Assembly: GCA_964016885.1 (NCBI GenBank)
Contig: OZ024757.1
Location: forward strand, 2,170,001 to 2,234,000
Source of the DNA: Eledone cirrhosa
Lineage: Eukaryota
Length of the DNA: 64,000 nt
Reading direction: 5' to 3'
Part shown: positions 46,861-62,700 of the stretch, in pieces
Numbering within the stretch: position 1 is the first letter of the stretch
Layout: each line of letters opens with the position of its first letter
The notes under the pieces: generated by a model
What the model was told of the DNA's origin: nothing
The model's database searches: none
Seen by the model: the letters and a program-made list of their open reading frames with translations, nothing else
Position numbers and translations under genes: made by a program

Positions 46861-47919
46861 CCTAGGGCGTGGTGGTGTTGGGGCTGCCTCCCCACGGACA
46901 AAATCGCAAAAGCATTTCAGCAGACACCCGCCAGCAACACCCGCTGCAACAGCCACCCCACCTCGTTCCGATCTTGTGGAGGAGCTCGGCAGTATGGGGT
47001 CCTAGTACCCCTGAGGTCTCGACGGTGACCCGTATGAAGAGGAAGTGGCCGGACATTCCTCGGTATTTGCTTCCCCTATATCTCCATCATTTTAGTCACA
47101 GTTTGTGTGTGATGTTAGTCTGTATGTGTGTGTTGCATTCAAGGTTGGATTTAGACCCTGAGGGGGGGGGGGGTCACCACCGGTTTTGGGGTCCCCTCAT
47201 ATACGAAAAATTAGAATGCACAGCAACTCCCCAATTTCTCATATGAAAGTTAGCTTGGTGCAAGTAATTGGATTTGAGAAGTTATACATACAGGTATTAA
47301 ATTAAAAATGTCTAACCACCCTAAAACTAAAAATCCCGAATGAGGGCACACATAAATTGCTACGGGCATCACTGGTGGGGTCCCTAACTCCAGGGGACTC
47401 GGAGAAGTTGTTCCCTTTATCACACCCCATTAAATTCGGCCCTGGTTGCATTTATATATCTGTGTTTATTTTCTATATGTGTTTGTGTGTGTGTGTGGGT
47501 GTGTCTGTGTGGGTGTGTGTGTATGTATTCGTGTGTTTATGTGTGTGTGAGGTGTGTGTGTGTGTGTGTGTGTTTTTTTTTATGTCTGTGGGTATGTATG
47601 TATGTCTGTATGTGTGTGTGAGGTGTGTATGTGTGTATGTATGTGTGTGTGTCTGCATGTGTGTATGTGAGGTGTATGTGTGTGTATGTGTATGTGTCTG
47701 TATGCGTGAGGTATCTGTATATTTCCCCATTGTTAACATATTCAAGCCTCTTATTCACAGTTAAACAACTTTAATAATTGTTCACAATTCTTTCAGAATA
47801 AAAACACATATATAAAAACATATAAAAACATAACAATTACAAATAACTATTTCTTCCAATCTGTGACGTTTGGCAGAGCTGTGGTGCTGACAGCGAGGTT
47901 CTTGTTATCATTGGCAGCT

Positions 47920-48500
47920 CACCTTACTGAGATGTCAGGTGATGTCTGTGAGGATGCTTGGCTGTTTCAGTGTCTTAGCCTCGCCATCACCTGGTCTTAC
48001 TGAGGTGTCAGGTGATGTCTGTGAGGGTGTTTGGTTGTTTCTGTATCTTAGTCTCGCCCTCACCCGGTCTTACCGAGGTGTCAGGTGATGTATGTGAGGG
48101 TGTTTGGCTGTTTCAGTGTCTTAGCCTCGCCATCACCCAGTCTTACCCAGATGTCAGGTGAAGTCTACGAGGGTGTTTGGCTGTTTCAGTGTCTTAGCCT
48201 CGCCATCAACTGGTCTTACCGAGGTGTTAGGAGATGCCTGTAGAGAGGGTGCTTAGTTATTTCAGTGTCTTAGCCTCGCCCTCACCCGGTTTAACTAGTT
48301 TGCTTTCAACTTCGATGATCAATAATGTAGATCTTATTTTGTCTTCATCCGCTTGGCTGAAATACTGAATTCTTAATTTCTGTACTATTTAAGTTAAAGT
48401 CTGTCTTAAGCCATTACTTTGCTTTACTGAGGTGTCAGGTGATGTCCCCTGGTGAGGGTGTTTCGTTATTTCAGTGTCTTAGCTTCGTCATCACCTGGGG
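47920..48500. repeat. ~74-bp degenerate tandem repeat
   Basis: tcttactgaggtgtcaggtgatgtctgtgagggtgtttggctgtttcagtgtcttagcctcgccatcacc units, ~6 copies. Confidence 0.85.
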
Positions 48501-48833
48501 TAATGCTGCCAGTGTGTTGGCTTGCATCAAAAAGTTCCGTGACCCTTGTGGTGTGTGACCTATTGTCACACTTTCTGGTGAATTGGTGGTTGTTTTTCTT
48601 TTTGCTTCCTTTTCTCTCGCTCTGATCATATATTTTGGTGTTATATTTGTGAGGTTCCTAGCAATAATTAATTGTATTTATTATATGTGTATGTTTCCTG
48701 CACTGTCCATCATTCATGGGTGGTTTTCCATTACAACATCAAATTGTCGAGCCATCCCCGAACCAAATCTATCCCCTATTCTCTGTTTGTGTTCACCGTA
48801 GCTCTGTTGTCTTATATAACTAATTCTGCAATC

Positions 48834-48898
48834 AACACCTGATGAAATCGCCTAAGTCTTGCATCATGAAACTGGGCCATTGAAATACGTATAATGTT
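48834..48898 (+). ncRNA. Minimal hammerhead motif
   Basis: aacac CTGATGA aat...att GAAA tacgta TA atgtt; palindromic loop III. Confidence 0.55.
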
Positions 48899-48952
48899 TT
48901 CACGGAATTAAAATTTTGAAGAAAATTTCCAGTCCGGCCTTCTGTTATTAAT

Positions 48953-49063
48953 GAGTTCAAATCCTGCCGAGGTTAACTTTGCTTTGATCCTTACGGGGTC
49001 GATAAAATAAAGTACCAGTAATGTACTGAGGTAATTTCTGGTCTTGTGCTAAATTGTAGAAAC

Positions 49064-49068
<5 letters not shown>
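48953..49068 (+). mobile_element. SINE (family 2), 5'-truncated
   Basis: gagttcaaatcctgccgaggttaactttgc...ggggtcgataaaataaagtaccag...tagaaacaatt. Confidence 0.75.
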
Positions 49069-49126
<58 letters not shown>

Positions 49127-49156
49127 AAAGAATAGAGGTGTAACACACAAGTTATT

Positions 49157-49765
49157 ATATATTGGTAAACGGAATAGAAAATGCGGACAAATTGTTCACA
49201 GTGAAAAATAGTTTAATTAGGAATAAATGAGAATTAGTAATTGTATTGGTTAGTATTCAGTTTTAAGTTTTACCGGTTGCGCACTTCTAAATGCTTTTCA
49301 AAAATAATTTTGAGATAGAGCGTCCGTGATGTTTGCTCTGATCTGATTAGTTTTGGGAATTCTACCTGTTTTTATGTTAAAAAAGTGGCTCCAGCGCTAT
49401 TAAAATTGGTTTTTGCGCCAATTCGTGTTGCAAAAATTCTTGTGGTCAAAACAATTTTGATTGGTCGGTAGAGGTCATGTGAATGTAAAAAATTGATTTT
49501 GCGCCAAGACTGAGAAATGACTCTTTCACAACAAATATGTGTGTGTGTGTGTGTAGTAGTAGTAGTAAAGTGTTCGTTGTTGTGATAATGGTTAGCAGGG
49601 ATGTGTGTGCGAACTGCAGCCTGTTGACAGTTCAAATGCCTATTAAGACAAGTGTGTGTGTATAGCAGAGTGGTAGAGGGATGGTCAGTAGGAATGTGTC
49701 TGTAAGTGAGTGGGGGATATTTTAACATGTCAAAAGATATTTTTCAGCTCTTGTCTTATACGGAG

Positions 49766-49839
<74 letters not shown>

Positions 49840-50215
49840 CAGAGTAATTCGTGGTAGAGCGATGGTCAGTAGGAATGTGTCTGTAAGTGAGTGGGGGATA
49901 TTTTAACATGTCAAAAGATATTTTTCAGCTCTTGTCTTATACGGAGAAGTGTGTGTGTGTGTGTGTGTGTGTATAAGTCTCTTTGTATGTTAATGTACGC
50001 GTGTGTATGTGTGTGTGTATATATGTGTGTGTGTGAGAATGTGTGTGTGTGTGTGTGGGTGGGTGGACCAGTATTTTTTTCCCTGGTAAAATGGTGTACA
50101 TTATTCGATATTTTCAGTAAAATCGATTCTCTCAATAGAACACCAAAAACCTTAACAATAAAAGGTGTGAAATGATATTCACTATATATATATATATATA
50201 TATACATATATTCAC

Positions 50216-50246
<31 letters not shown>

Positions 50247-50432
50247 TTTTGTGTTGCACCATAGAACATGTGTGTTTACGTATGTCATTGTGTTTATATG
50301 TGGGTAGAGATGTGTGCTGATGTAGGTATGTATGTTGACGTGTGTATGTTGTGGGTTCGTCTTAGGGAGAAGTGTTTAGACGGGGTCCGTCTGCTAACAA
50401 TTATTACAACAACGAACACTTTACTACTACTA

Positions 50433-50486
<54 letters not shown>

Positions 50487-50852
50487 TTGTTGTGAAAGAG
50501 TCATTTCTCAGTCTTGGCGCAAAATCAATTTTTTACATTCACATGGCCTCTACCGACCAATCAAAATTGTTTTGACCACAAGAATTTTTGCAACACGAAT
50601 TGGCGCAAAAACCAATTTTAATAGCGCTGGAGCCACTTTTTTAACATAAAAACAGGTAGAATTCCCAAAACAAATCAGATCAGAGCAAACATCACGGACG
50701 CTCTATCTCAAAATTATTTTTGAAAAGCATTTAGAAATGCGCAACCGGTAAAACTTAAAACCAAAACTGAATACTAACCAATACAATTACTAATTCTCAT
50801 TTATTCCTAATTAAACTATTTTTCAATTTGTCAGCATTTTCTATTCCGTTTA

Positions 50853-50859
<7 letters not shown>
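49157..50859. mobile_element. Non-coding element with ~440-bp terminal inverted repeats (49157-49597 / 50391-50859)
   Basis: Arms are near-identical, including embedded (GT)n and (TAG)n; internal ~110-bp duplication; TA flanks. Confidence 0.8.
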
Positions 50860-50921
<62 letters not shown>

Positions 50922-50962
50922 GAGTATTGAAACGACCTAAAGAAATATATATATATATATAT

Positions 50963-51306
50963 AAAAAAGATGAAATCGAAAATGCAACTGGAGTCTTATT
51001 TAAAAAAGAAAATATATATTTATTTGGTTCCTTACCGGTTCTGCAGTTCTTCTGCTTTTCAAAAGTAGAGTTGAGATGGAGGGTCTGTGGTTTTTCTCAG
51101 AGATGTGAGAAAAATCACAGACCCTCCATCTCAACTCTACTTTTGAAAAGCAGAAGAACTACGAAACCGGTAAAGGAACCAAATAAATATATATATATCT
51201 TTTTAAATAAGATTCCAGTTGCATTTTCGATTTCATCTTTTTTTCTTTATACTTTCACTCGTGTAGGACACCTCGGTTATTTTTCATTTTGTAAAAAAAA
51301 CCTCAC

Positions 51307-51311
<5 letters not shown>
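50963..51311. mobile_element. Fold-back element (arms ~50963-51099 / 51107-51243) with hammerhead 3' half
   Basis: ~135-bp hairpin; GAAA ccgg TA aaggaacca AATAAA; one-sided extension. Confidence 0.7.
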
Positions 51312-51378
<67 letters not shown>

Positions 51379-51555
51379 ATAATAATAAAATTGAAGACTA
51401 AAATCCAAAGAGGGCTCGATAAGGAAAATATATATCAAATATATAAGAACTGTAGAGCAAATATTTATTAAAATAACAGATTAAAGTTTAAGCAAAGAAT
51501 CGCTGCTTTCACCCTTAACGGGATCTTCATTTGTTGGTTTAACCCACCATATAAT

Positions 51556-52206
51556 ATGGAGGTGGCCACACCATTAGCTAAGATCTTTCTTTCCCTTATT
51601 ATGAAGCATTTTCCCCCTACACATAAATATAGTAAAATTTTTAATAGAAATACTATTAAAATTTCTTACTCTACGACTCCTAACCTTGCACATAACATCA
51701 CAACTTCAAATTTAGCTAAACTACCTAGCCGTAGGAACACGTGCAACCCTGTAGTTAGTACTAACTGTAATTGTAGGAATCGGGCTGATTTCCCCCTATC
51801 CGGGAAATACCTCTCTAGTAACATTGTCTACAAATGTAAGGTTGTAACACCCACGTCCCGTAGGGCCTACATAGGGTTAACCGCCAATAGTTTCAAGCAG
51901 CGTCTTTACATGCATACCCATTCTTTTCGTTACCCTCTAAGAAGGAATATGACGTCACTTTCAGCTTATATCTGGAGTCTAAAAGACAACCACACCCAAT
52001 ATAAGTTACACTGGGAGATCCTAGCTAGGGCTAGATCGTATAACGGAAATAAAAGACCATGTGACCTCTGCGCCGCTGAGGCCCTGGAAATACTCTACGC
52101 TACAGACCACATCTTAAACAAAAAATCTGAGGCAATTTCGGCTTGTAAACATAAATTGCACAAAACTTTCCTGTATTACAGCCCCACGTTATACCCTAAC
52201 GGATAG
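51556..52206 (+). CDS. GIY-YIG endonuclease domain of a Penelope-like retroelement (no RT; the frame extends upstream to WFNPPY at 51536)
   Basis: KHFP..HKYSKIFNRNTIKISYS; CNC; NIVY...YIGLT..FKQR...H; SLSAYIW; CDLC..E; LNKKSE...CKH. Confidence 0.8.
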   Translation: MEVATPLAKIFLSLIMKHFPPTHKYSKIFNRNTIKISYSTTPNLAHNITTSNLAKLPSRRNTCNPVVSTNCNCRNRADFPLSGKYLSSNIVYKCKVVTPTSRRAYIGLTANSFKQRLYMHTHSFRYPLRRNMTSLSAYIWSLKDNHTQYKLHWEILARARSYNGNKRPCDLCAAEALEILYATDHILNKKSEAISACKHKLHKTFLYYSPTLYPNG

Positions 52207-53106
52207 CACGATCTATACATTTACGTCTTGATGTGGGAGCTAAGTATATGTTTTGTTTATTCCTTTACTTATTTGCATAGGTAAGTATATATTACCCGTA
52301 TGTTTTGTGAAGGTATGTATACCTTCTCGTACGTATATTTGACCGTTATAGCGTATAATTTTTACATATTCTGGTATTTAGGGTTTGGCTATGTGTATAC
52401 GGGAGTTTTGCGTCCGCGTGAGTGTGCAGGTTCGTACGTATGGTGGGTGTGTGTATATGTGTACTTCTTGTTTTAGTTGACTTATGTCTCCGAACATTCG
52501 TGTATTTATATGTAGGCATGCGTGTGCGCTTGTTATATACGTATTTATTTACTTATATAATTATTTATTTATTTGTACACAAACATACACACACACACAT
52601 ATTTATATGTGCGTGGTTTTGTATACCCATGGTAAGGTTTTGCGTATGCTTGTGTATGTACGTATCTGTTTGCGTGTATGTATTTATTTGTTTCTATTAC
52701 TTCTGTATTGTATTTATTTACTTTGTTCTTAACTCTGTAGCGGAGATTCATTTGGTCTCCTAGTTAGAATTTTAGTCTACGATTTCTGCTCTACCATTTA
52801 CGTGGTTTTGTCTTTGCGTGCTATTGTTCTCCACGCTCCACATATGACGTTTCTTCGATCATTGCCAGAGAACGTCTCTATGCACCACCTAAGAGAACAT
52901 TAGTCTACGACCTCTTTTATACCATAAACGTGGTTCTGTCTTTGTGCGTAATTGTTTTTCACCGCTCCTATTAATGACGTATTATTCGTTTTTTCCCGTT
53001 CTTTGCCAGCGAACGTTTCCACGAACCAAAGTATCGTCTTCCTGTCTTCCTCCGGTTGCAACGTTTTTTGAAATATCCACTTCTACGTTTACAGATTGAC
53101 TTTGTT

Positions 53107-53157
53107 AGTTTCAGAAGATCCCGTTAAGGCTGAAAGCAGCGATTCTTTGCTTAAACT
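53107..53157 (+). ncRNA. Hammerhead-like motif, CAGAAGA core variant
   Basis: agttt CAGAAGA tcccgttaaggct GAAA gca-gcgattctt-tgc TT aaact. Confidence 0.55.
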
Positions 53158-53170
53158 TTAATCTGTTTTT

Positions 53171-53305
<135 letters not shown>

Positions 53306-53321
53306 GTATATATATATAGAG

Positions 53322-53497
53322 AGAAATGGTTTCTACAGGACTAGAACTGTTTCATTCAAAAGAAATCATCAGGCTTTCCTGATAATTTCCTTCGAATGAA
53401 ATAGTTCTAGTCCTGTAGAAGTCATTTCTATATTACATATTTATACTGTGCTATGCCTTACTTACTGTGGTTACCCCCTATTGAACTCGGGATACAC
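53322..53497. mobile_element. Fold-back element (hairpin 53322-53429) whose arms are each essentially one hammerhead
   Basis: - strand CTGATGA tttc-tttt-gaat GAAA cag...ctg TA; + arm CTGATAA...GAAA...ctg TA gaag; the extension ccttacttactgtggttacc is shared with ~4626-4720. Confidence 0.7.
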
Positions 53498-53711
53498 TCA
53501 CACACAAACACACACACACATATAATACTTCCAAGGGATTTGCACCTAGAAAGTTCCCTCGCGAGGCACGAGTCTGTGCAAGGTTGTTTGAAGAAGACAA
53601 ATAGTCACCCATAGCACCCTCCCCTCCCCACACCACCAATGTTGTCCAAGAGAAAGGTGATGGATGATACAGCTTGGATCCAGAGACTGCAACTCATTTC
53701 TGCACCATGTT

Positions 53712-56700
53712 TACATTATATATACACAATATATAAACTCCATACACTATATATACACTATATATACACAATATATAAACTCCATACACTATATATACAC
53801 TATATATACATAATATATAAACTCCATACACTATATATACACTATATATACACAATATATAAACTCCATACATTATATATACACAATATATAAACAATAT
53901 ATACACAATATATAAACACCATAGATTATATATACACTATATATAAACTCCATACATTATATATACACTATATACACAATATATAAACTCCATACACTAG
54001 ATATACACAATATATACACTATATATACACACTATATAAACTCCATACACTGTATATACACAATATATACACAATATATAAACTCCATACATTATATATA
54101 CGCTATATATACACAATATATAAACTCCATACATTAAATATACACTATATATACACAATATATACACAATATATAAACTCCATACACTATATATACACAA
54201 TATATACACAATATATAAACTCCATACACAATATATACACAATATATACACAATATAAACACTATATATAAACTCCATACTCTATATATACATTATATAC
54301 ACAATATATAAACTCCACACACTATATATACACTATATATACATAATATATAAACTCCATACACTATATATACACAATATATACACACTATATAAACTCC
54401 ATAAACTATATATAAACTCCATACACATTATATACACTATATACACAATATATAAACTCCATACACTATATATACACAATATATACACTATATATAAACT
54501 CCATACACTATATATAAACTCCATACACAATATATACACAATATATACACTATATACACTATATATAAACTCCATACACTATATATACACACTATATAAA
54601 CTCCATACACTATATATACACTATATACACAATATATAAACTCCATGCACTGTATATACACTATATATACACTGTATATACACAATATATACACAATATA
54701 TAAACTCCATACATTATATATACACAATATATATACAATGAATAAACTCCATACACTATGTATACACAATATATAAACTCCATACACAATGTATACACAA
54801 TATATAAACTCCATGCATAATATATACACTATATATACACAATTTATACACAATATATAAACTCCATACCCTATATATACACAATATATACACAATATAT
54901 AAATTCCATACACTATATATACACAATATATAAACTCCATACACTATATATACACTATAAATACAGAATATATACACAATATATACACTATATATATACA
55001 CTATATATAAACTCCATACACTATATATACACAATATATACACTATATATAAACTCCATACACTATATATACAGCATATACACTATATATAAACTCCATA
55101 CACTATATATACACTATATATACACTATATATACACTATATATACACAATATATACACTACCTATAAACTATATATACACTATATATAAACTCCATACAC
55201 TATATACACTATATATAAACTCCATACACTATATATACAAATATATACACAATATATACACTATATATAAACTCCATACACTATATATACAATATATATA
55301 CACAATATATACACAATATATAAACTCCATACACTATATATACACAATATATACACTATATATAAACTCCATACATTATATATACACTATATATAAACTC
55401 CATACATTATATATACACTATATACACAATATATAAACTCCATACACTATATATACACAATATATACACAATATATAAACTCCATACATTATATATACAC
55501 AATATATTAATTCCATACACTATATATACATTATATACACAATATATAAACTCCATACACTATATATACACTATATATACACTATATATACACAATAAAT
55601 AAACTCTATACACTGTATATACACAATATATACACAATATATAAACTCCATGCATTATATATACACTATACATACACAATATATAAACTCCATCCATTAT
55701 ATATACACACTATATATACACAATATATACACAATATATAAACTCCATACACTATATATACACTATATATACACAATATATAAACTCCATACATTATGTA
55801 TACACAATATATAAACATCATACACTATATATAAACAATATATACACAATATATAAACTCCATACACTATATATACACTATATACACAATATACAAACTC
55901 CATACACTATATATACACAATATATAAACTCCATACACTATATATACACAATATATAAACTCCATACACTATATATACACTATATATACACAATATATAA
56001 ACTCCAAACATTATATATACACAATATATAAACTCCATACACTATATATACACAATATATAAACTCCATACACTATATATACACAATATATAAACTCCAT
56101 ACACTATGTATACACAATATATAAATTCCATGCACAATATATAAACTATATACACAATATATAAACTCCATACACTATATATACACTATATATACACTAT
56201 ATATAAACTCTATACACTATATATACACTATATATACACAATATATAAACTCCATACATTATATATACACAATATATACACTATATATAAACTCCATACA
56301 CTATATATACACAATATATACACAATATATAAACTCCATACACTATATATACACAATATATACACTATATATAAACTCCATACACTATATATACACAATA
56401 TATACACAATATATAAACTCTATACACTATATATACACAATATATACACTATATATAAACTCCATACACTATATATACACAATATATACACAATATATAC
56501 ACAATATATAAACTCCATACACTATATATACACAATATATACACAATATATACACTATATATAAACTCATATACACTATATATACACAATATATACACAA
56601 TATATAAATTCCATACACTATATATAAACTCCATACACTATATATACACTATATATAAACTCCATACATTATATATACACTAAATACACAATATATAAAC

Positions 56701-59700
56701 TCTACACACTATATATACACAATATATTAATTCCATACACTATATATACACTATATACACAATATATAAACTCTCTACACTGTATATACACAATATATAC
56801 ACAATATATTAACTCTATACATTATATATGCACAATATATACAGAATGAATAAACTCCATACACTATATATACACTATATATACACTATATATACACAAT
56901 ATATACGCAATATATACGCAATATATACACAATATATAAACTCCATACACTATATATACACTATATATACACAATATATAAACTCCATACACTATATATA
57001 CACAATATATAAACTCCATACACTATATATACACTATATATACACAATATATATACTCCATACACTATATATACACAATATATAAACTCCATACACTATA
57101 TATACACAATATATAAACTCCATACACTATATATACACAATATATAAACTCCATACACTATATAGACACAATATATACACAATTTATACATAATATATAA
57201 ACTCCATACACTATATATACACAATATATTCACAATATATAAACTCCATACACTATATATTCACAATATATACACTATATATAAACTCCATACACTATAT
57301 ATACACAATATATACACAATATATAAACTCCATACACTATATATACACAATATATACACAATATATACACAATATATAAACACCATACACTATATACACT
57401 ATATATAAACTCCATACACTATATATACACAATATATACACTATATATAAACTCCATACACTATATATACACAATATATACACACTATATAAACTCCATA
57501 AACTATATATAAACTCCATACAGAATATATACACTATATATAAACTCCATACACTATATATACACTATATACACTATATATAAACTCCATACACTATATA
57601 TACACTATATATAATCTCAATACATTATATATAAACTCCACACACTATATATACACAATATATAAACTCCATACACTATATATACACTATATACGCAATA
57701 TATAAACTCCATACACTATATATACACAATATATAAATTCCATACACTATATATACACTATATATACACAATATATAAACTCCATACACTATATATATAC
57801 AATATATAAACTCCATACACTATATATACACAATATATAAACTCCATACACTATATATACACAATATATAAACTCCATACACTATATATACACAATATAT
57901 ACACAATTTATACATAATATATAAACTCCATACACTATATATACACAATATATACACAATATATAAACTCCATACACTATATATTCACAATATATACACT
58001 ATATATAAACTCCATACACTATATATACACAATATATACACAATATATAAACTCCATACACTATATATACACAATATATACACAATATATACACAATATA
58101 TAAACTCCATACACTATATATACACAATATATACACAATATATAAATTCCATACACAATATATACACAATATATAAACTCCATACACTATATATACACAA
58201 TATATACACTATATATAAACTCCATACACTATATATACACTATATATACACAATATATAAACTCCACACACTATATATACACAATATATACACAATATAT
58301 AAACTCCATACATTATATATACACTATATATACACTATATATAAACTCCATACATTATCTATACACTATATACACAATATATTAATTGCATACACTATAT
58401 ATACATTATATACATAATATATAAAATCCATACACAATATATACACTATATATACACAATATATAAACTCCATACACTGTATATACACAATATATACACA
58501 ATATATAAAATCCATGAATTATATATACACAATATATAAACTCCATACACTATATATACACAATATATAAACTCCATACACTATATATACACTATATATA
58601 CACAATATATAAACTCCATCCATTATATATACACACTATATATACACAATATATACACAATATATAAACTCCATACACTATATATACACAATATATACAC
58701 AATATATAAAGTCCATACACAATATATACACTATATATAAACTCCATACTCTCTATATATATTATATACACAATATATAAACTCCATACACTATATATAC
58801 ACAATATATAAACTCCATACACAATATATACACAATATATAAACTCCATACACAATATATACACAATATATAAACTCCATACACTATATATACACTATAT
58901 ATACACAATATATACACTACCTCGAAACTATATATACACTATATATAAACTCCATACATTATATATACACAATATATAAACTCAATACACAATATATACA
59001 CTATATACACAATATATAAACTCCATACACTATATATACACTATATATAAACTCCATACACAATATATACACTATATATAAACTCCATACACTATATATA
59101 CACAATATATACACAATATATACACAATATATAAATTCCATACACTATATATAAACTCCATACACTATATATACACTATATATAAACTCCATACATTATA
59201 TATACACTAAATACACAATATATAAACTCCACACACTATATATACACAATATATTAATTCCATACACTATATATACACTATATACACAATATATAAACTC
59301 TTTACACTGTATATACACAATATATACACAATATATTAACTCCATACATTATATATACACAATATATACAGAATGAATAAACTCCATACACTATATATAC
59401 ACTATATATACACAATATATACGCAATATATACACAATATATAAACTCCATACACAATATATTCACAATATAAAAACTCCATACACAATATATACACAAT
59501 ATATAAACTCCATACACTATATATACACAATATATAAACTCCATATACTATATATACACTATATATACACAATATATAAACTCCATACACTATATATACA
59601 CGATATATAAACTCCATACACTATATATACACAATATATAAACTCCATACACTATATATACACAATATATACACAATTTATACATAATATATAAACTCCA

Positions 59701-62700
59701 TACACTATATATACACAATATATACACAATATATAAACTCCATACACTATATATTCACAATATATACACTATATATAAACTCCATACACTATATATACAC
59801 AATATATACACAATATATACACAATATATAAACACCATACACTATATATACACTATATACACTATATATAAACTCCATACACTATATATACACAATATAT
59901 AAACTCAATACACTATATATACACAATATATACACTATATATAAACTCCATACACTATATATACACAATATATACACACTATATAAACTCCATAAACTAT
60001 ATATAAACTCCATACACAATATATACACTATATATAAACTCCATACACTATATATCCACTATATACACTATATATAAACTCCATACACTATATATACACT
60101 ATATATAATCTCAATACATTATATATAAACTCCACACACTATATATACACAATATATAAACTCCATACACTATATATACACAATATATACACAATATATA
60201 AACTCCATACACTATATATACACAATATATACACAATATATAAACTCCATACACAATATATACACAATATATAAACTCCATACACTATATATACACTATA
60301 TATACACAATATATAAACTCCATACACTATATATACACAATATATAAACTCCATACACTATATATACACAATATATACACTATATATAAACTCCATACAC
60401 TATATATACACTATATATACACAATATATAAACTCCATACACTATATATACACAATATATAAACTCCATACACTATGAATACACAATATATAAACTCCAT
60501 GCACAATATATAAACTATATACACAATATATAAACTCCATACACTATATATACACTATATATACACAATATATAAACTCCATACATTATATATACACAAT
60601 ATATAAACTCCATTCACTATATATACACAATATATAAACTCCATACACTATATATACACAATATATAAACTCCATACACTATGTATACACAATATATAAA
60701 TTCCATGCACAATATATAAACTATATACACAATATATAAACTCCATACACTATATATACACTATATATACACTATATATAAACTCTATACACTATATATA
60801 CACTATATATACACAATATATAAACTCCATACATTATATATACACAATATATACACTATATATAAACTCCATACACTATATATACACAATATATACACAA
60901 TATATATACTCCATACACTATATATACACAATATATACACTATATATAAACTCCATACACTATATATACACAATATATACACAATATATACACTATATAT
61001 AAACTCCATACACTATATATACACAATATATACACAATATATACACAATATATAAACTCCATACACTATATATACACAATATATACACAATATATACACT
61101 ATATATAAACTCATATACACTATATATACACAATATATACACAATATATAAATTCCATACACTATATATAAACTCCATACACTATATATACACTATATAT
61201 AAACTCCATACATTATATATACACTAAATACACAATATATAAACTCTACACACTATATATACACAATATATTAATTCCATACACTATATATACACTATAT
61301 ACACAATATATAAACTCTCTACACTGTATATACACAATATATACACAATATATTAACTCCATACATTATATATACACAATATATACAGAATGAATAAACT
61401 CCATACACTATATATACACTATATATACACTATATATACACAATATATACGCAATATATACGCAATATATACACAATATATAAACTCCATACACTATATA
61501 TACACAATATATAAACTCCATACACTATATATACACAATATATAAACTCCATACACTATATATACACTATATATACACAATATATATACTCCATACACTA
61601 TATATACACAATATATACACAATATATAAACTCCATACACTATATATACACAATATATACACAATATATAAACTCCATACACTATATATACACAATATAT
61701 AAACTCCATACACTATATATACACAATATATAAACTCCATACACTATATAGACACAATATATACACAATTTATACATAATATATAAACTCCATACACTAT
61801 ATATACACAATATATTCACAATATATAAACTCCATACACTATATATTCACAATATATACACTATATATAAACTCCATACACTATATATACACAATATATA
61901 CACAATATATAAACTCCATACACTATATATACACAATATATACACAATATATACACAATATATAAACACCATACACTATATATACACTATATACACTATA
62001 TATAAACTCCATACACTATATATACACAATATATAAACTCAATACACTATATATACACAATATATACACTATATATAAACTCCATACACTATATATACAC
62101 AATATATACACACTATATAAACTCCATAAACTATATATAAACTCCATACAGAATATATACACTATATATAAACTCCATACACTATATATACACTATATAC
62201 ACTATATATAAACTCCATACACTATATATACACTATATATAATCTCAATACATTATATATAAACTCCACACACTATATATACACAATATATAAACTCCAT
62301 ACACTATATATACACTATATACGCAATATATAAACTCCATACACTATATATACACAATATATAAATTCCATACACTATATATACACTATATATACACAAT
62401 ATATAAACTCCATACACTATATATATACAATATATAAACTCCATACACTATATATACACAATATATAAACTCCATACACTATATATACACAATATATAAA
62501 CTCCATACACTATATATACACAATATATACACAATTTATACATAATATATAAACTCCATACACTATATATACACAATATATACACAATATATAAACTCCA
62601 TACACTATATATTCACAATATATACACTATATATAAACTCCATACACTATATATACACAATATATACACAATATATAAACTCCATACACTATATATACAC

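Larger units (their letters stand above)
51472..53170 (+). mobile_element. 5'-truncated Penelope-like element with GIY-YIG ORF and inverted terminal arms (~51474-51528 / 53114-53168)
   Basis: aacagattaaagtttaagcaaagaatcgctgctttca...gggatcttc is inverted at the other end; TA flanks. Confidence 0.85.

Noticed and set aside
46860-47460. GC-richer segment with short ORFs upstream of the ankyrin gene
   Set aside because: No recognisable domain or termini; it could be a promoter or TE fragment but I cannot support either.
33094-52206. Selenocysteine recoding in the GIY-YIG frames, as reported for some Penelope-like elements
   Set aside because: The in-frame stops I read are TAA (33322) and TAG (~33735), and the substituted Cys codons are TTC/TAC; no TGA at Cys positions.
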